Assembly (NCBI GenBank): GCA_020343615.1
Contig: CP070803.1
Span: 628,166-692,165 of the forward strand
Reading direction: 5' to 3'
DNA: 64,000 nucleotides
DNA from: Candidatus Woesearchaeota archaeon
Lineage (GTDB): Archaea; Nanobdellota; Nanobdellia; UBA10117; GCA-020343615
The translations under genes were made by a program, and so were the position numbers. Below, piece by piece: positions 19,112 to 28,760 of the stretch (position 1 is the first letter of the stretch; each line of letters starts with the position of its first letter). A model generated the notes under the pieces. That model was not told the origin of the DNA, ran no database searches, and saw only the letters and a list, made by a program, of their open reading frames with translations.

Positions 19112-20380
19112 ATGGTTGTTAATATTGATAATCTTAAGAGACAGGACCCTAAGTTAGCAATATTGCTTGGGAAGGAATTAGAAAAGCAGAAGAACACTGT
19201 TAATTTGATTGCTTCAGAAAATTATACTTCTCTACCGGTTTTAGAAGCTACAGCATCTGTTCTCACAAACAAATATTCTGAAGGTTATCCAAGAGCAAGG
19301 TATTATGAAGGTAACGAATATATAGATGAAATAGAACAGCTGGCAATTGATAGAGCGAAAAAGTTATTCGGGGCAGATCATGCTAATGTTCAAGCCCTTT
19401 CAGGTTCTCCAGCCAATATGGCTGTATACATGGCCCTACTTAATTTAGGAGATAAAACAATGGCCATGAATTTAGATCAAGGCGGCCATCTAACTCATGG
19501 GAGTAAAGTTAGTTTCTCAGGTAAATGGTATAATTTTGTTCATTATAGCCTTTCTAAAGAGACAGAAATGCTAGATATGGATGAAATTAGAAAATTAGCA
19601 ATTAAAGAAAAACCAAAACTGATTGTTTGTGGAGCTTCTGCTTATCCTAGAAAAATTGACTTCAAGGCTTTCAGAGATATAGCTAATGAAGTCGGAGCGT
19701 ATTTAGTAGCAGACATTGCTCACATTGCTGGTTTAATTGCAGCAGAAGAACACATAAATTCTGTTCCGTATGCTGATATTACAACCTCTACAACACAAAA
19801 AACATTAAGAGGCCCTAGAAGTGGACTAATATTATGCAAAGAAGAATACGCTAAAAAGGTAGATTCTGCTGTATTTCCAGGCATTAGTGGAGGCCCGCAT
19901 GAACATATAATTGCCGCAAAAGCTGTAGCATTTAAGGAGGCTATGCAGCCAGAATTTAAGGATTATCAACGGCAAGTCGTAGAAAACGCAAAGGTATTGG
20001 CCCAGAATTTAAAAGATAAGGGTTTTAGGCTCATTTCAGGCGGAACAGATACCCATCTCGTACTAGTGGACCTTACAAACAAAGGAATAACAGGTAAACA
20101 AGCATCAGAAGCCTTAATTAGAGCAAATATTATAGTTAATATGAATATGATACCTTTTGATAAAAGAACACCTAGAGACCCTAGCGGAATTAGGCTAGGT
20201 ACGCCCGCACTAACAACAAGAGGATTTAAAGACGAAGAAATAGCAGCTGTTGCAGAAGGTATAGATATAGTCTTATCAAATATGAATAATAATAAAAAAA
20301 TAGAAAAAGTAAAAGAAGATATAATCGATCTATGTAAAAAATTCCCAATTTATCCAGAATTAAATTATGAAGGTAGATAG
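19112..20380 (+). CDS. glyA: serine hydroxymethyltransferase
   Basis: Full-length SHMT pattern: [30 protein letters not shown] (PLP-Lys region). Confidence 0.93.
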   Translation: MVVNIDNLKRQDPKLAILLGKELEKQKNTVNLIASENYTSLPVLEATASVLTNKYSEGYPRARYYEGNEYIDEIEQLAIDRAKKLFGADHANVQALSGSPANMAVYMALLNLGDKTMAMNLDQGGHLTHGSKVSFSGKWYNFVHYSLSKETEMLDMDEIRKLAIKEKPKLIVCGASAYPRKIDFKAFRDIANEVGAYLVADIAHIAGLIAAEEHINSVPYADITTSTTQKTLRGPRSGLILCKEEYAKKVDSAVFPGISGGPHEHIIAAKAVAFKEAMQPEFKDYQRQVVENAKVLAQNLKDKGFRLISGGTDTHLVLVDLTNKGITGKQASEALIRANIIVNMNMIPFDKRTPRDPSGIRLGTPALTTRGFKDEEIAAVAEGIDIVLSNMNNNKKIEKVKEDIIDLCKKFPIYPELNYEGR

Positions 20381-21770
20381 TATGTCTGATGAAAATAAAA
20401 GAAGGATATATGCATTAACTGGATTTCCCCCCGAGGTCACTGCAGTTACATTCGCGAAATGTTCAAGGAGCCCAGAACAATTTGATAAAATTGCAAAAGA
20501 GCTTAATGAAGATAAATCAAGACAATTCCATGAAAAATGGGTTGTTGGTTTTGGTCATTCTTCTGTAGCAGAGCATGCAGTATTATCTCTAGCAATAGAG
20601 AATGTTTCAATTCTCGCGACAAAAGTAATCGAAGACAATAGATTATGTTCCTTCACAGAGAAATCAACAAGGTATCAACTTTTTGATAGGAATAGGTATT
20701 ACAAACCAAAAAACCTAATGAATTCTTCTTTTGCGAAAGTGTACACAGAAACAGCAGACTATCTTTTAGATACATATAATTCTCTATTTCCACCAATGAT
20801 TGAATTCTGGAAGAAAAGATATCCTAAACCAGAGGATGCATCTGATAGATTGTATGAAGTGCAGTTAAATAACAAAGCACTTGACGTATTAAGATATATG
20901 CTACCAGTTTCTGTCCTCACAAATTTAGGAATGACTGTAAATGCAAGGAACTTAGAGCATGCAATAGTCAAACTACTTTCACATCCTTTAGAAGAAATGA
21001 GAGAAATAGGTGAGGATATAAAAGAAGCTGCTCTGAAAATAACCCCGACTCTTGTGAAATATACAAATTACAATAAGTATCTTGGAGAGACATGTTCTGA
21101 AATGGAGAAGTTAGCAAGAGAGTTAGTTGGCTCAACCAAAGGGGATGAAGAACAAAAAGCAACATTAGTAGAATACGATGAAGATGCAGATGATAAGATT
21201 GTAACATCTCTATTATATCGATTTTCAAATCTCCATTATAATGAAATAAAAGATAAAGTAAAAGAAATGTCTCAAAAGGAAAAAGAAAAAGTAATAGACG
21301 AGTCTCTATGCAAGATGGATAAATTTGACTGGCCTCTAAGAGAATTTGAGCATATCTATTACACCTTTGACGTGCTTATGGATTATGGTACATTCAGAGA
21401 TTTACAAAGACATAGAATATGTACACAAACTAATCAAAAATGTACAGTAGCTCATGGTTATTGCACACCTGAAGAAATTGAAGAGGCAGGGTTAAAAGAA
21501 AAATATGACAAATGTATGAAAAAAGCATTAGATGCTTATCAAAAAATATCAAAAGAATTTCCAGAAGAAGCACAATACATTGTGCCCCTAGCTTTTAGAA
21601 AGAGAACGCTTTTCACAATGAATCTAAGAGAATGTCATCACCTTATAAAATTAAGAACAACCAAGCAAGCACATAAATCTTATAAGCAAATAGCAAGACA
21701 AATGTATGCGGAAATAAAGAAAGTACACCCTCTAATGGCTAAATACATTAGAGTAACTCTAACAGACTAA
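20367..21770 (+). CDS. thyX: ThyX-like FAD-dependent thymidylate synthase, internally duplicated (pseudo-dimer) form
   Basis: 467 aa, about twice the normal ThyX length. The first half has HSSVAEHAV...[14 protein letters not shown]; the second half has [10 protein letters not shown]. Overlaps the glyA stop by 14 nt. Confidence 0.7.
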   Translation: MKVDSMSDENKRRIYALTGFPPEVTAVTFAKCSRSPEQFDKIAKELNEDKSRQFHEKWVVGFGHSSVAEHAVLSLAIENVSILATKVIEDNRLCSFTEKSTRYQLFDRNRYYKPKNLMNSSFAKVYTETADYLLDTYNSLFPPMIEFWKKRYPKPEDASDRLYEVQLNNKALDVLRYMLPVSVLTNLGMTVNARNLEHAIVKLLSHPLEEMREIGEDIKEAALKITPTLVKYTNYNKYLGETCSEMEKLARELVGSTKGDEEQKATLVEYDEDADDKIVTSLLYRFSNLHYNEIKDKVKEMSQKEKEKVIDESLCKMDKFDWPLREFEHIYYTFDVLMDYGTFRDLQRHRICTQTNQKCTVAHGYCTPEEIEEAGLKEKYDKCMKKALDAYQKISKEFPEEAQYIVPLAFRKRTLFTMNLRECHHLIKLRTTKQAHKSYKQIARQMYAEIKKVHPLMAKYIRVTLTD

Positions 21771-21778
21771 CTTATAAA

Positions 21779-22303
21779 ATGAAAAGAAAAAGACCAAATA
21801 AAGATAGATACTATCTAGAAATTGCTGACTCTATAGCTAAACGTGCAACTTGTTTAAGAATGCAAACAGGAGCAGTTATTGTTAATAATGATCAAATAAT
21901 AAGTAGTGGATATGTTGGAGCCCCAAGAGGAGTTCCCAATTGTTGTGATCTCGAGGAATGTTATAGAAATAAGAAAAAGATTCCACATGGACATCATTAT
22001 GAAAAATGTAGATCTGTACACGCTGAAGCAAATGCAATTATACACGCTCCTAGAGAGTTAATGATTGGTTCGACATTATATATGGTTGGTAGAAATTTAA
22101 GAGTAAAAGGAGATCCGATCGTACCTATATTCCCATGTATGATGTGTAAGAGATTTGTTATAAATGCAGGGATAAAAAGAGTTGTTACAATGAATGCAGA
22201 AGGTAAGATTTTCGAAAAAGATGTTAAAGAATGGATTGAAGAAGCAAAAGAACATCCATACAAAGAAATTGAAGAGCCAGATTACAATTGGGAATTAGAG
22301 TAA
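21779..22303 (+). CDS. dCMP deaminase (ComEB/CDA zinc deaminase)
   Basis: HAEANAI and PCMMCKRFV zinc-binding motifs; 174 aa. Confidence 0.88.
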   Translation: MKRKRPNKDRYYLEIADSIAKRATCLRMQTGAVIVNNDQIISSGYVGAPRGVPNCCDLEECYRNKKKIPHGHHYEKCRSVHAEANAIIHAPRELMIGSTLYMVGRNLRVKGDPIVPIFPCMMCKRFVINAGIKRVVTMNAEGKIFEKDVKEWIEEAKEHPYKEIEEPDYNWELE

Positions 22304-22307
22304 TAAG

Positions 22308-22976
22308 ATGAAATATAAACTAATCCTATTTGATTTGGATGGAACCTTATTTGATGTTGGATTTTTTGAAAATAAAAGAAAACAAGCTGCAAGTACATGG
22401 ACACTAATTGATCGAGAATTAGGATGTACTAAAGAGAAAGATAGATTGTTGGAGAGATGGATAAATAATGAATTTGATTTTGAGACATGGGCGAAATTAG
22501 CAACTGAAATCTATAAAAGACATAATCTAACAGAATCTCAATTTAACAAAGTAATTGAGTCTATTAAAGTTATGCCAGGAGCTAAAGAAACTTTATCTAA
22601 GTTAAAAAGTTATAAAACTGCAGTAATTACTGGAAGCTTTAGAAAATTAGCATTAAGGGCGAAGACAGAGTTAGGGATAAATTATATTTTTGCAGCAGCA
22701 GAGTTTATCTTTGATAAAACTGGGAAGTTAATTAGCTATACTATCTTACCTTGTGATTACGATAATAAAATTACTTTCTTTAATGCTTTGATAAAAAGCT
22801 TAAATATTTCTCCAGAAGAGTGCATTTTTGTAGGAGATGGAGTAAATGATATTCCAATAGCTAAAGAAGTAGGCTTATCCATTGCATTTAATGCGAGAGA
22901 GGAGCTAAAAGAAGTTTGTGATGTTATTATTGATAAAAAAGATTTAAGAGAAATATTAAATCATCTTCCTAGCTGA
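22308..22976 (+). CDS. HAD-superfamily phosphatase (SerB-like subfamily IB)
   Basis: LFDLDGTL (motif I), TGSF (motif II), GDGVNDIP (motif IV). Confidence 0.75.
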   Translation: MKYKLILFDLDGTLFDVGFFENKRKQAASTWTLIDRELGCTKEKDRLLERWINNEFDFETWAKLATEIYKRHNLTESQFNKVIESIKVMPGAKETLSKLKSYKTAVITGSFRKLALRAKTELGINYIFAAAEFIFDKTGKLISYTILPCDYDNKITFFNALIKSLNISPEECIFVGDGVNDIPIAKEVGLSIAFNAREELKEVCDVIIDKKDLREILNHLPS

Positions 22977-23512
22977 AACTTAGATATCTTCTCATAAATA
23001 GGACCATCTGATGTTAAAGTGCTCTTATATAGACAAAAAGAATCTATAGTGATTTCTCCGAACTTAATGTCTTTGTTTTTTTCAAAAAAAGAGGAGGCTT
23101 TATCTTTATTTGATATATTCTTAACTCTTGATAAGGTAATATGCGGCTCAAAGTTTCTATCCTTATGGAAGATATCCTTTAGTTTTTCATCAATCAAATT
23201 ATGCAGCTCTATAATCTCCTTTCTACCTTTATTAGCTCCAATCCACAATACCTTCACGTAATGCTTACTAGGGAAGGCTCTGATACCTTCCAAAGAAGCA
23301 GTAAAAGGCGTATACTTAATCTCACTAAGTAATCTCTCTACTTCCTCGATCTTACTAAGATCAACTTCTCCGAGGAACTTCAAAGATATATGCAAATTTT
23401 CAGATTCTACATATTTTCCGTAGAAGACGCCCATATGATCGGTTTGTTTAATAAACCTATTTACTTCCTCTCTCAAATTTTCCGATAAGTCAATACCGAC
23501 GAAACAACGCAT
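22961..23512 (-). CDS. thpR: 2H-phosphoesterase, RNA 2',3'-cyclic phosphodiesterase / 2'-5' RNA ligase (ThpR/LigT)
   Basis: Two HxT/S motifs, HISLKFLG and HITLSRV; 183 aa. Confidence 0.85.
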   Translation of the reverse strand: MRCFVGIDLSENLREEVNRFIKQTDHMGVFYGKYVESENLHISLKFLGEVDLSKIEEVERLLSEIKYTPFTASLEGIRAFPSKHYVKVLWIGANKGRKEIIELHNLIDEKLKDIFHKDRNFEPHITLSRVKNISNKDKASSFFEKNKDIKFGEITIDSFCLYKSTLTSDGPIYEKISKFQLGR

Positions 23513-23605
23513 TTTCTTTGGTATATAAATGTTTAAAAATGCTCTTTTTAAATAAATTTTACGATTTTTGAGGTATAATATCTTGTAGTAAATAAATGCT
23601 TTTAA

Positions 23606-23652
23606 ATACCATATGTTGTAAGTATAATAACATACAGCACAATATCTTGTAT
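23606..23652. promoter_or_regulatory. two tandem NrdR-box-like palindromes upstream of nrdR-nrdD
   Basis: Compared with the bacterial NrdR-box consensus acaCwAtATaTwGtgt:
- Box B 23637..23652 gcacaatatcttgtat matches 13/16.
- Box A 23606..23621 ataccatatgttgtaa matches about 10/16.
Their starts are 31 bp apart (three helical turns). Box B ends 15 nt before the nrdR ATG. Confidence 0.5.
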
Positions 23653-23667
23653 ATTTGTAGGTTTACG

Positions 23668-24111
23668 ATGAAGTGTCCGTATTGCAATTTTGAAGAAACA
23701 AGAGTGGTGGACTCCAGAGAAACTGAAGATCTAAAAACCACTAGAAGAAGGAGAGAATGTGCAATCTGTAAAAAGAGATTTACAACATACGAAAGAATAG
23801 AAAATGGTTTTCTAGTTGTTATCAAGAAAGATGGCAGGAGAGAAACATTTGACAGAGATAAACTTATGCGGAGCATATTGAAAGCTTGCGAAAAAAGGCC
23901 TATAAACATAAGAACAATTGAAAAGATAGTGCAGGATATCGAAGACGAACTGAGAAAAGAAGGAGAGATAGAAGTTTCTAGTAAAATTATAGGAGAAATG
24001 GTCATAGAACGATTGAAGAAATTAGATAAAGTTTCCTACATTCGTTTTGCTTCTGTTTATAGAGAATTCGAAGACATTAGCCAATTCATTAAAGAGGTGA
24101 ATGATTTATGA
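23668..24111 (+). CDS. nrdR: NrdR transcriptional repressor (Zn-ribbon plus ATP-cone)
   Basis: MKCPYCNFEETRVVDSRETEDLKTTRRRRECAICKKRFTTYERIE is the canonical NrdR N-terminus, followed by an ATP-cone. The ATG at 23668 is preferred over the listed 23596. Confidence 0.9.
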   Translation: MKCPYCNFEETRVVDSRETEDLKTTRRRRECAICKKRFTTYERIENGFLVVIKKDGRRETFDRDKLMRSILKACEKRPINIRTIEKIVQDIEDELRKEGEIEVSSKIIGEMVIERLKKLDKVSYIRFASVYREFEDISQFIKEVNDL

Positions 24112-26144
24112 TAAAATACGTTAAGAAAAGAATTGGTAGAATAGTGAAATTCAATAAAGAAAAAATTACTGAAGCTATTTTTAAAGCAGCCCAAGCAGTA
24201 GGAGGAAAAGATAAAAAACTATCTGCGAAGCTTGCTGATAAAGTTGTAAAACTACTAGAAGAAGAGTTTGATGGTAGAATCCCAACTGTTGAAGATGTAC
24301 AAAATAAAGTAGAAAAAATATTAATAGAAAATGGACACGCAGCAACAGCTAAAGCGTATATTCTCTACAGAGAGCAGCATAAGAACATAAGAGAAACAAC
24401 TCAATTATTGAGAGATATTAGAGTAGTTGATGACTATGTAAAAGAATTAGATTGGAGAATAAGAGAAAACAGCAATATGACTTATTCTTTGCAAGGGTTG
24501 AATGTAAACATAACAGAAAAAGTAATTTCAAATTATTGGTTAAATAATATTTACCCTAAAGAAATAAGAGAGAGTCACATTGACGGAGATTTTCATATTC
24601 ATGATTTAGGAACTTTAGGAGCTTATTGTGTAGGATGGGATTTACAAGATTTAATTGCAGTAGGTTTCAAAGGAGTAAGAGGTAAGATAGAAAGTAAGCC
24701 AGCGAAACACTTTGATGTAGCGTTGATGCAACTGGTGAATTTTCTTTATACATTACAAGGAGAAGCAGCAGGAGCTCAGGCGGTTTCTAACTTTGATACA
24801 TTGCTAGCTCCATTTATAAGATATGACAATCTCAATGAAAAGCAAGTAAAACAAGCAGTACAGAAGTTTTTATTTAATATGAATGTCCCAACAAGAGTTG
24901 GCTTCCAAACCCCCTTCACAAATGTAACTCTTGATTTGAAATATCCACAGTATATGAGAAAAGAGAATGCTATTGTAGGTGGGAAATTACAAAAAGAAAC
25001 ATATGAGGAATTCCAACCTGAAGCAGATGTAATAAATAAAGTTTTTGCAGAGGTTATGCTTAAAGGAGACGCAAAAGGAAGACCATTTACTTTTCCAATC
25101 CCTACATACAATATAACAAAGGATTTTGATTGGGACAATAAAAACTATGATGGAATATGGGAGATGACAGCAAAATACGGAATTCCGTATTTCGCTAATT
25201 TTGTCAATTCTGATATGCACCCAGATGATGCAAGAAGTATGTGTTGCAGATTAAGGTTGGACAAGAGAGAACTAAGAAAAAGAGGCGGAGGATTATTTGG
25301 ATCAAATCCATTAACAGGATCCATAGGAGTTGTAACAATAAATATGCCTCGTATAGCTTACAAATCTAAAGAAGAGGCAGACTTTTTCGAAACACTCGGA
25401 AGATTAATGGATAGAGCTATGGAAAGCTTAATCATAAAAAGAGAGATTTTAGAGAGATTCACAGAGAGAGGTCTTTATCCTTATAGTAAATTTTACTTAA
25501 GAGAGATATATAAAGCATTTGGAGAATATTGGAAAAATCATTTCTCAACAATAGGTCTTATTGGAATGAATGATGCTCTAATAAATATACTTGATTTAGA
25601 TATTTCAACAAAAGATGGAATAAAGTTCGCAAATAAAACTCTTGACTTTATGAGAGAAAGACTTGCAGATTATCAAGAAGAGACAGGGAATATCTTTAAT
25701 TTAGAAGCTACACCTGGAGAAGGAACTTCATATAGATTAGCTAAACTTGACAGAAACAAGTATCCAGATATTAAGATATATAACCAAGAGATATACAAAA
25801 AAAACGCAGAGCCCTATTATACCAACAGTTCACATCTTCCAGTAGGATTTACAGATGATATGTTTGAAGCATTGAAGCTACAAGACTCATTACAAATTAA
25901 ATATACCGGCGGAACAGTACTACATGGTTTTATTGGAGAAGCTATGCCAAGTATAGAATCTATTAAAACCTTAATAAGGAACATAGCACATAATTTCCAT
26001 TTACCTTATTATACTGTTACTCCCACATTTAGTATTTGTCCAGTACACGGTTATTTATCTGGAGCACACAAATACTGCCCAAAATGTGACGAAGAAATTG
26101 AATGTATCGCAAGAGGTAGAAAAAATGAAAAAAGCAGAATCTAA
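24108..26144 (+). CDS. nrdD: anaerobic (class III) ribonucleoside-triphosphate reductase NrdD, main body; reading frame ends before the glycyl-radical motif
   Basis: N-terminal ATP-cone and a long class III RNR core. Ends with a C-terminal Cys cluster, CPKCDEEIEC, then a stop at 26142..26144. Confidence 0.88.
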   Translation: MIKYVKKRIGRIVKFNKEKITEAIFKAAQAVGGKDKKLSAKLADKVVKLLEEEFDGRIPTVEDVQNKVEKILIENGHAATAKAYILYREQHKNIRETTQLLRDIRVVDDYVKELDWRIRENSNMTYSLQGLNVNITEKVISNYWLNNIYPKEIRESHIDGDFHIHDLGTLGAYCVGWDLQDLIAVGFKGVRGKIESKPAKHFDVALMQLVNFLYTLQGEAAGAQAVSNFDTLLAPFIRYDNLNEKQVKQAVQKFLFNMNVPTRVGFQTPFTNVTLDLKYPQYMRKENAIVGGKLQKETYEEFQPEADVINKVFAEVMLKGDAKGRPFTFPIPTYNITKDFDWDNKNYDGIWEMTAKYGIPYFANFVNSDMHPDDARSMCCRLRLDKRELRKRGGGLFGSNPLTGSIGVVTINMPRIAYKSKEEADFFETLGRLMDRAMESLIIKREILERFTERGLYPYSKFYLREIYKAFGEYWKNHFSTIGLIGMNDALINILDLDISTKDGIKFANKTLDFMRERLADYQEETGNIFNLEATPGEGTSYRLAKLDRNKYPDIKIYNQEIYKKNAEPYYTNSSHLPVGFTDDMFEALKLQDSLQIKYTGGTVLHGFIGEAMPSIESIKTLIRNIAHNFHLPYYTVTPTFSICPVHGYLSGAHKYCPKCDEEIECIARGRKNEKSRI

Positions 26145-26295
26145 GAAAAAAAGAACTAAATGTGAAATTTGGTCTAGAGCTGTAGGTTATTTGAGACCTG
26201 TAGAACAGTGGCACTCTGGCAAGCAAGCAGAGTTCAAAGATAGAAAAACTTATGATAAACAGTGCAGCGATAACCCAGCGAATCTAGGAAATTAA
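26086..26295 (+). CDS. nrdD: NrdD C-terminal glycyl-radical segment in the +1 frame (frameshifted or split nrdD tail)
   Basis: CEIWSRAVGYLRPVEQWHSGKQAEFKDRK matches the class III RNR glycyl-radical motif (xSRxxGYxRPVxxWNxGKxxEFxDR). Overlaps the main ORF across A6 runs at 26120..26125 and 26128..26133. Confidence 0.8.
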   Translation: MTKKLNVSQEVEKMKKAESKKKRTKCEIWSRAVGYLRPVEQWHSGKQAEFKDRKTYDKQCSDNPANLGN

Positions 26296-26303
26296 TTGTT
26301 CAA

Positions 26304-26990
26304 ATGAAAATCGGAGCAATCCTCCCCCAGAGCTTAATAGACTATCCTGGGAAGGTCTCCGCAGTATTTTTTACAATTGGATGTAATTTTAAGTGCCCTT
26401 ATTGTTATAATACAAAATTAGCTTTAGGTAAAATAAAACAACTAACGAAAGAAAAAATAGAACATTTTTTAGAAGAAAGAAAAAATTTCATTAATGCAGT
26501 AGTTCTTAGCGGAGGAGAACCCCTTTTACAAAAAGATATTGTTAATTTTGCTAAAAAAATAAAGAAGCATAATCTACTATTCGGGATAGAGACTAATGGT
26601 TCTCAACCAAAAATATTGGAAAAACTCCTAAAAGAAAAGCTTCTTGACTTTGTTGCAATGGATATTAAATCAGATTTTGATAGTTACAAAAATGCCACAG
26701 GAGTAAATGTAAACAAAGAAAACATACTAAAGAGCATAAATCTCTTGAAAAAATCAAAGATACAATATGAATTTAGGATTACTGCAGTTCCTAAATTAAT
26801 AAAAAAAACAGAATTAAAAAAGATAAGTAAATTAGTAAGAGGATCTAAAGTTGTTTTACAACAGTTTGTTAATGATAAAGATATGATTGACAATAAACTC
26901 AAAAAATTAAAACCTTATTCATCAAAAAAACTTGAAGAGTTTAAAGAAGCGCTATCAGAATGTTCTAAAGTAGAGATAAGAATATCTTAA
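26304..26990 (+). CDS. nrdG: anaerobic RNR activating enzyme (radical SAM)
   Basis: GCNFKCPYCYN radical-SAM cluster motif, LSGGEPLL; 228 aa, directly downstream of nrdD. Confidence 0.85.
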   Translation: MKIGAILPQSLIDYPGKVSAVFFTIGCNFKCPYCYNTKLALGKIKQLTKEKIEHFLEERKNFINAVVLSGGEPLLQKDIVNFAKKIKKHNLLFGIETNGSQPKILEKLLKEKLLDFVAMDIKSDFDSYKNATGVNVNKENILKSINLLKKSKIQYEFRITAVPKLIKKTELKKISKLVRGSKVVLQQFVNDKDMIDNKLKKLKPYSSKKLEEFKEALSECSKVEIRIS

Positions 26991-27026
26991 AAAAATATAT
27001 AAGCTCTTAATGCTTTTTTATATTTA

Positions 27027-27575
27027 ATGCCTAAAATAATCGGGATAGCTGGAATGCCAGCTGCAGGTAAAACCACAGTCGCTAAAGCCTTAAATAAAGA
27101 CGGAATTAAACTAATACATCTAGGCGATTTCATTTGGGAATATCTTAAAAGAAAACACATAAGAAGAAACCAAGAAACAGGGAATATGACTTCTCTTTAT
27201 TTTTGGGCAGAATACAGAGATATCCCAATAGCTGAATGGGCTTATGAACAGATAAAGAAAACTAAATACAAAAGTTATATTGTAGATGGAATAAGAACAC
27301 TAGAGGAGGTTTTATTTTTTAAAAGTAAGTTCAAAAATAATTTTAAATTAATATCAATTGTAGCTTCACCAGCTACAAGAAAATCAAGAGAAAAAAAGAG
27401 GAAACGTTTTTCCAAAGTTAATTTTGAGATGAGGGATAAAGAAGAATTAACCATCGGAGTTGGGGATGTAATAGCTTCTTCTGATTATTATATTGATGGA
27501 AACAAAACAAAGAAAGAAGTAGTATTGCAGGCTAATCAAATATTCAGAAAAATAGCCTGGGGGAAAAGTTTATAA
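27027..27575 (+). CDS. P-loop nucleotide/nucleoside kinase (dephospho-CoA-kinase-like / UPF0200-like)
   Basis: IIGIAGMPAAGKTTVAKAL Walker A at the N-terminus; 182 aa. Confidence 0.5.
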   Translation: MPKIIGIAGMPAAGKTTVAKALNKDGIKLIHLGDFIWEYLKRKHIRRNQETGNMTSLYFWAEYRDIPIAEWAYEQIKKTKYKSYIVDGIRTLEEVLFFKSKFKNNFKLISIVASPATRKSREKKRKRFSKVNFEMRDKEELTIGVGDVIASSDYYIDGNKTKKEVVLQANQIFRKIAWGKSL

Positions 27576-27615
27576 GTTTTAATCTCTTCTGAAGTAGTAA
27601 GAAAGGGTGATTTTA

Positions 27616-27876
27616 ATGAGTGATGAAAAAAAGAGAGCAGACCAAATTTTTGGCAAGACCGTTGTTAGTAAAGACGGTAAGAAATATGGCATTATCTCAG
27701 ATTTATCATTTGAAATAAGAACAGGCGAATTAATTTACTTAACCTTGAAAAATCCTACAGAACATACAAAATCTTTAGATTTAGAAAAAAATAAGAAAGG
27801 AGACTATTTGATTCCATTCTCAGCAGTAACAGCTATGGGCGACTTTATAGTTGTAGAAGAAAAAGATATTGTTTAA
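27616..27876 (+). CDS. PRC-barrel domain protein
   Basis: GKTVVSKDGKKYGIISDLSFEIRTGELIYLTL...IPFSAVTAMGDFIVV. GGTGAT lies 4 nt upstream of the ATG at 27616. Confidence 0.5.
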   Translation: MSDEKKRADQIFGKTVVSKDGKKYGIISDLSFEIRTGELIYLTLKNPTEHTKSLDLEKNKKGDYLIPFSAVTAMGDFIVVEEKDIV

Positions 27877-28019
27877 ATTTTAATATATTTCTTAAAAAGC
27901 TTTGACTATTAAATAAGCATTTATTATTCAGGATTTCATCTTGAATATTTATTCATCTAAGTAGAAATAAGCTCTGGTTTTAGCAAGGTTTTAATATAAT
28001 TATATAGCAAAAAGAAACT

Positions 28020-28760
28020 ATGGGAATGATTTCAATTGTTTTTGATGATACTATTGAAAATCAATACTTATACGCTTTTCCTTTAATGGAAAAATATGAA
28101 TTAAAGGGTGTTTTAGGAGTCGTAACTGGTAGGGTTGGTAAAACATACTTGCATACTGATGACTGGGAAGTGAAGAGCTTGACATGGGATCAAATAGAAG
28201 AATTCAGTAAAAGAGGGTGGGAAATTGCTAGTCATTCTAAAATGCATAGAAGTATAGAAGGTCCTCATTTAAATGGTAACTATTCTAAATTAAATGAGGT
28301 GGAATTGGAAGAAGAGATTTTAGGATCTAAAAAGGATTTGGAAAATCATGGATATTCTCCTGTTACTTTTATATGGGTTGGTAGTCCAGATCAAAATCCA
28401 TGTACTAAAAGAGAATTAAATGTTGTAAAAAAATATTACAAAGCTGCTCGTTTTTTTATTACTCATAATTTATCTAAAGATTATTTTAAGAAACCAAATT
28501 ATAATTCATTAAACTCTTCTCCATATGACTTAAAAGGTACTTGGTTAAAATCATATGAAGGTTTAATTGAAGACTTTAAAATATCCTTAAAGAATTTAAA
28601 AGATAACTGGTTAATTTTATCGTTACATGGGGTTGACAAAAAGGTGGGTAATTCAGTAGATATTAGTATCTCTGAATTTGAAGAGATTCTAAAGGTAATA
28701 AAGAATTCTAGAGTTAGAGTAGTTACAATAGAAGAGGGCATTAAATATCTAAAATATTAA
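28020..28760 (+). CDS. polysaccharide deacetylase-like (CE4/NodB-like) protein
   Basis: ISIVFDD...FPLMEKYELKGVLGV...ASHSKMH resembles the CE4 motifs (TFDD, HxxxH-like). Confidence 0.5.
   Translation: MGMISIVFDDTIENQYLYAFPLMEKYELKGVLGVVTGRVGKTYLHTDDWEVKSLTWDQIEEFSKRGWEIASHSKMHRSIEGPHLNGNYSKLNEVELEEEILGSKKDLENHGYSPVTFIWVGSPDQNPCTKRELNVVKKYYKAARFFITHNLSKDYFKKPNYNSLNSSPYDLKGTWLKSYEGLIEDFKISLKNLKDNWLILSLHGVDKKVGNSVDISISEFEEILKVIKNSRVRVVTIEEGIKYLKY

Noticed and set aside
23596-23667. N-terminal 24-codon extension of the nrdR ORF given in the ORF track
   Set aside because: NrdR proteins begin with the MxCPxC Zn-ribbon, which here starts at the ATG at 23668. The extension would also overlap the putative operator boxes.
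23559-24005. 148-aa minus-strand ORF overlapping nrdR
   Set aside because: It lies antisense to a confidently identified NrdR gene. Its translation is low-complexity S/L/I/F-rich, typical of the reverse frame of AT-rich coding DNA. No motifs.
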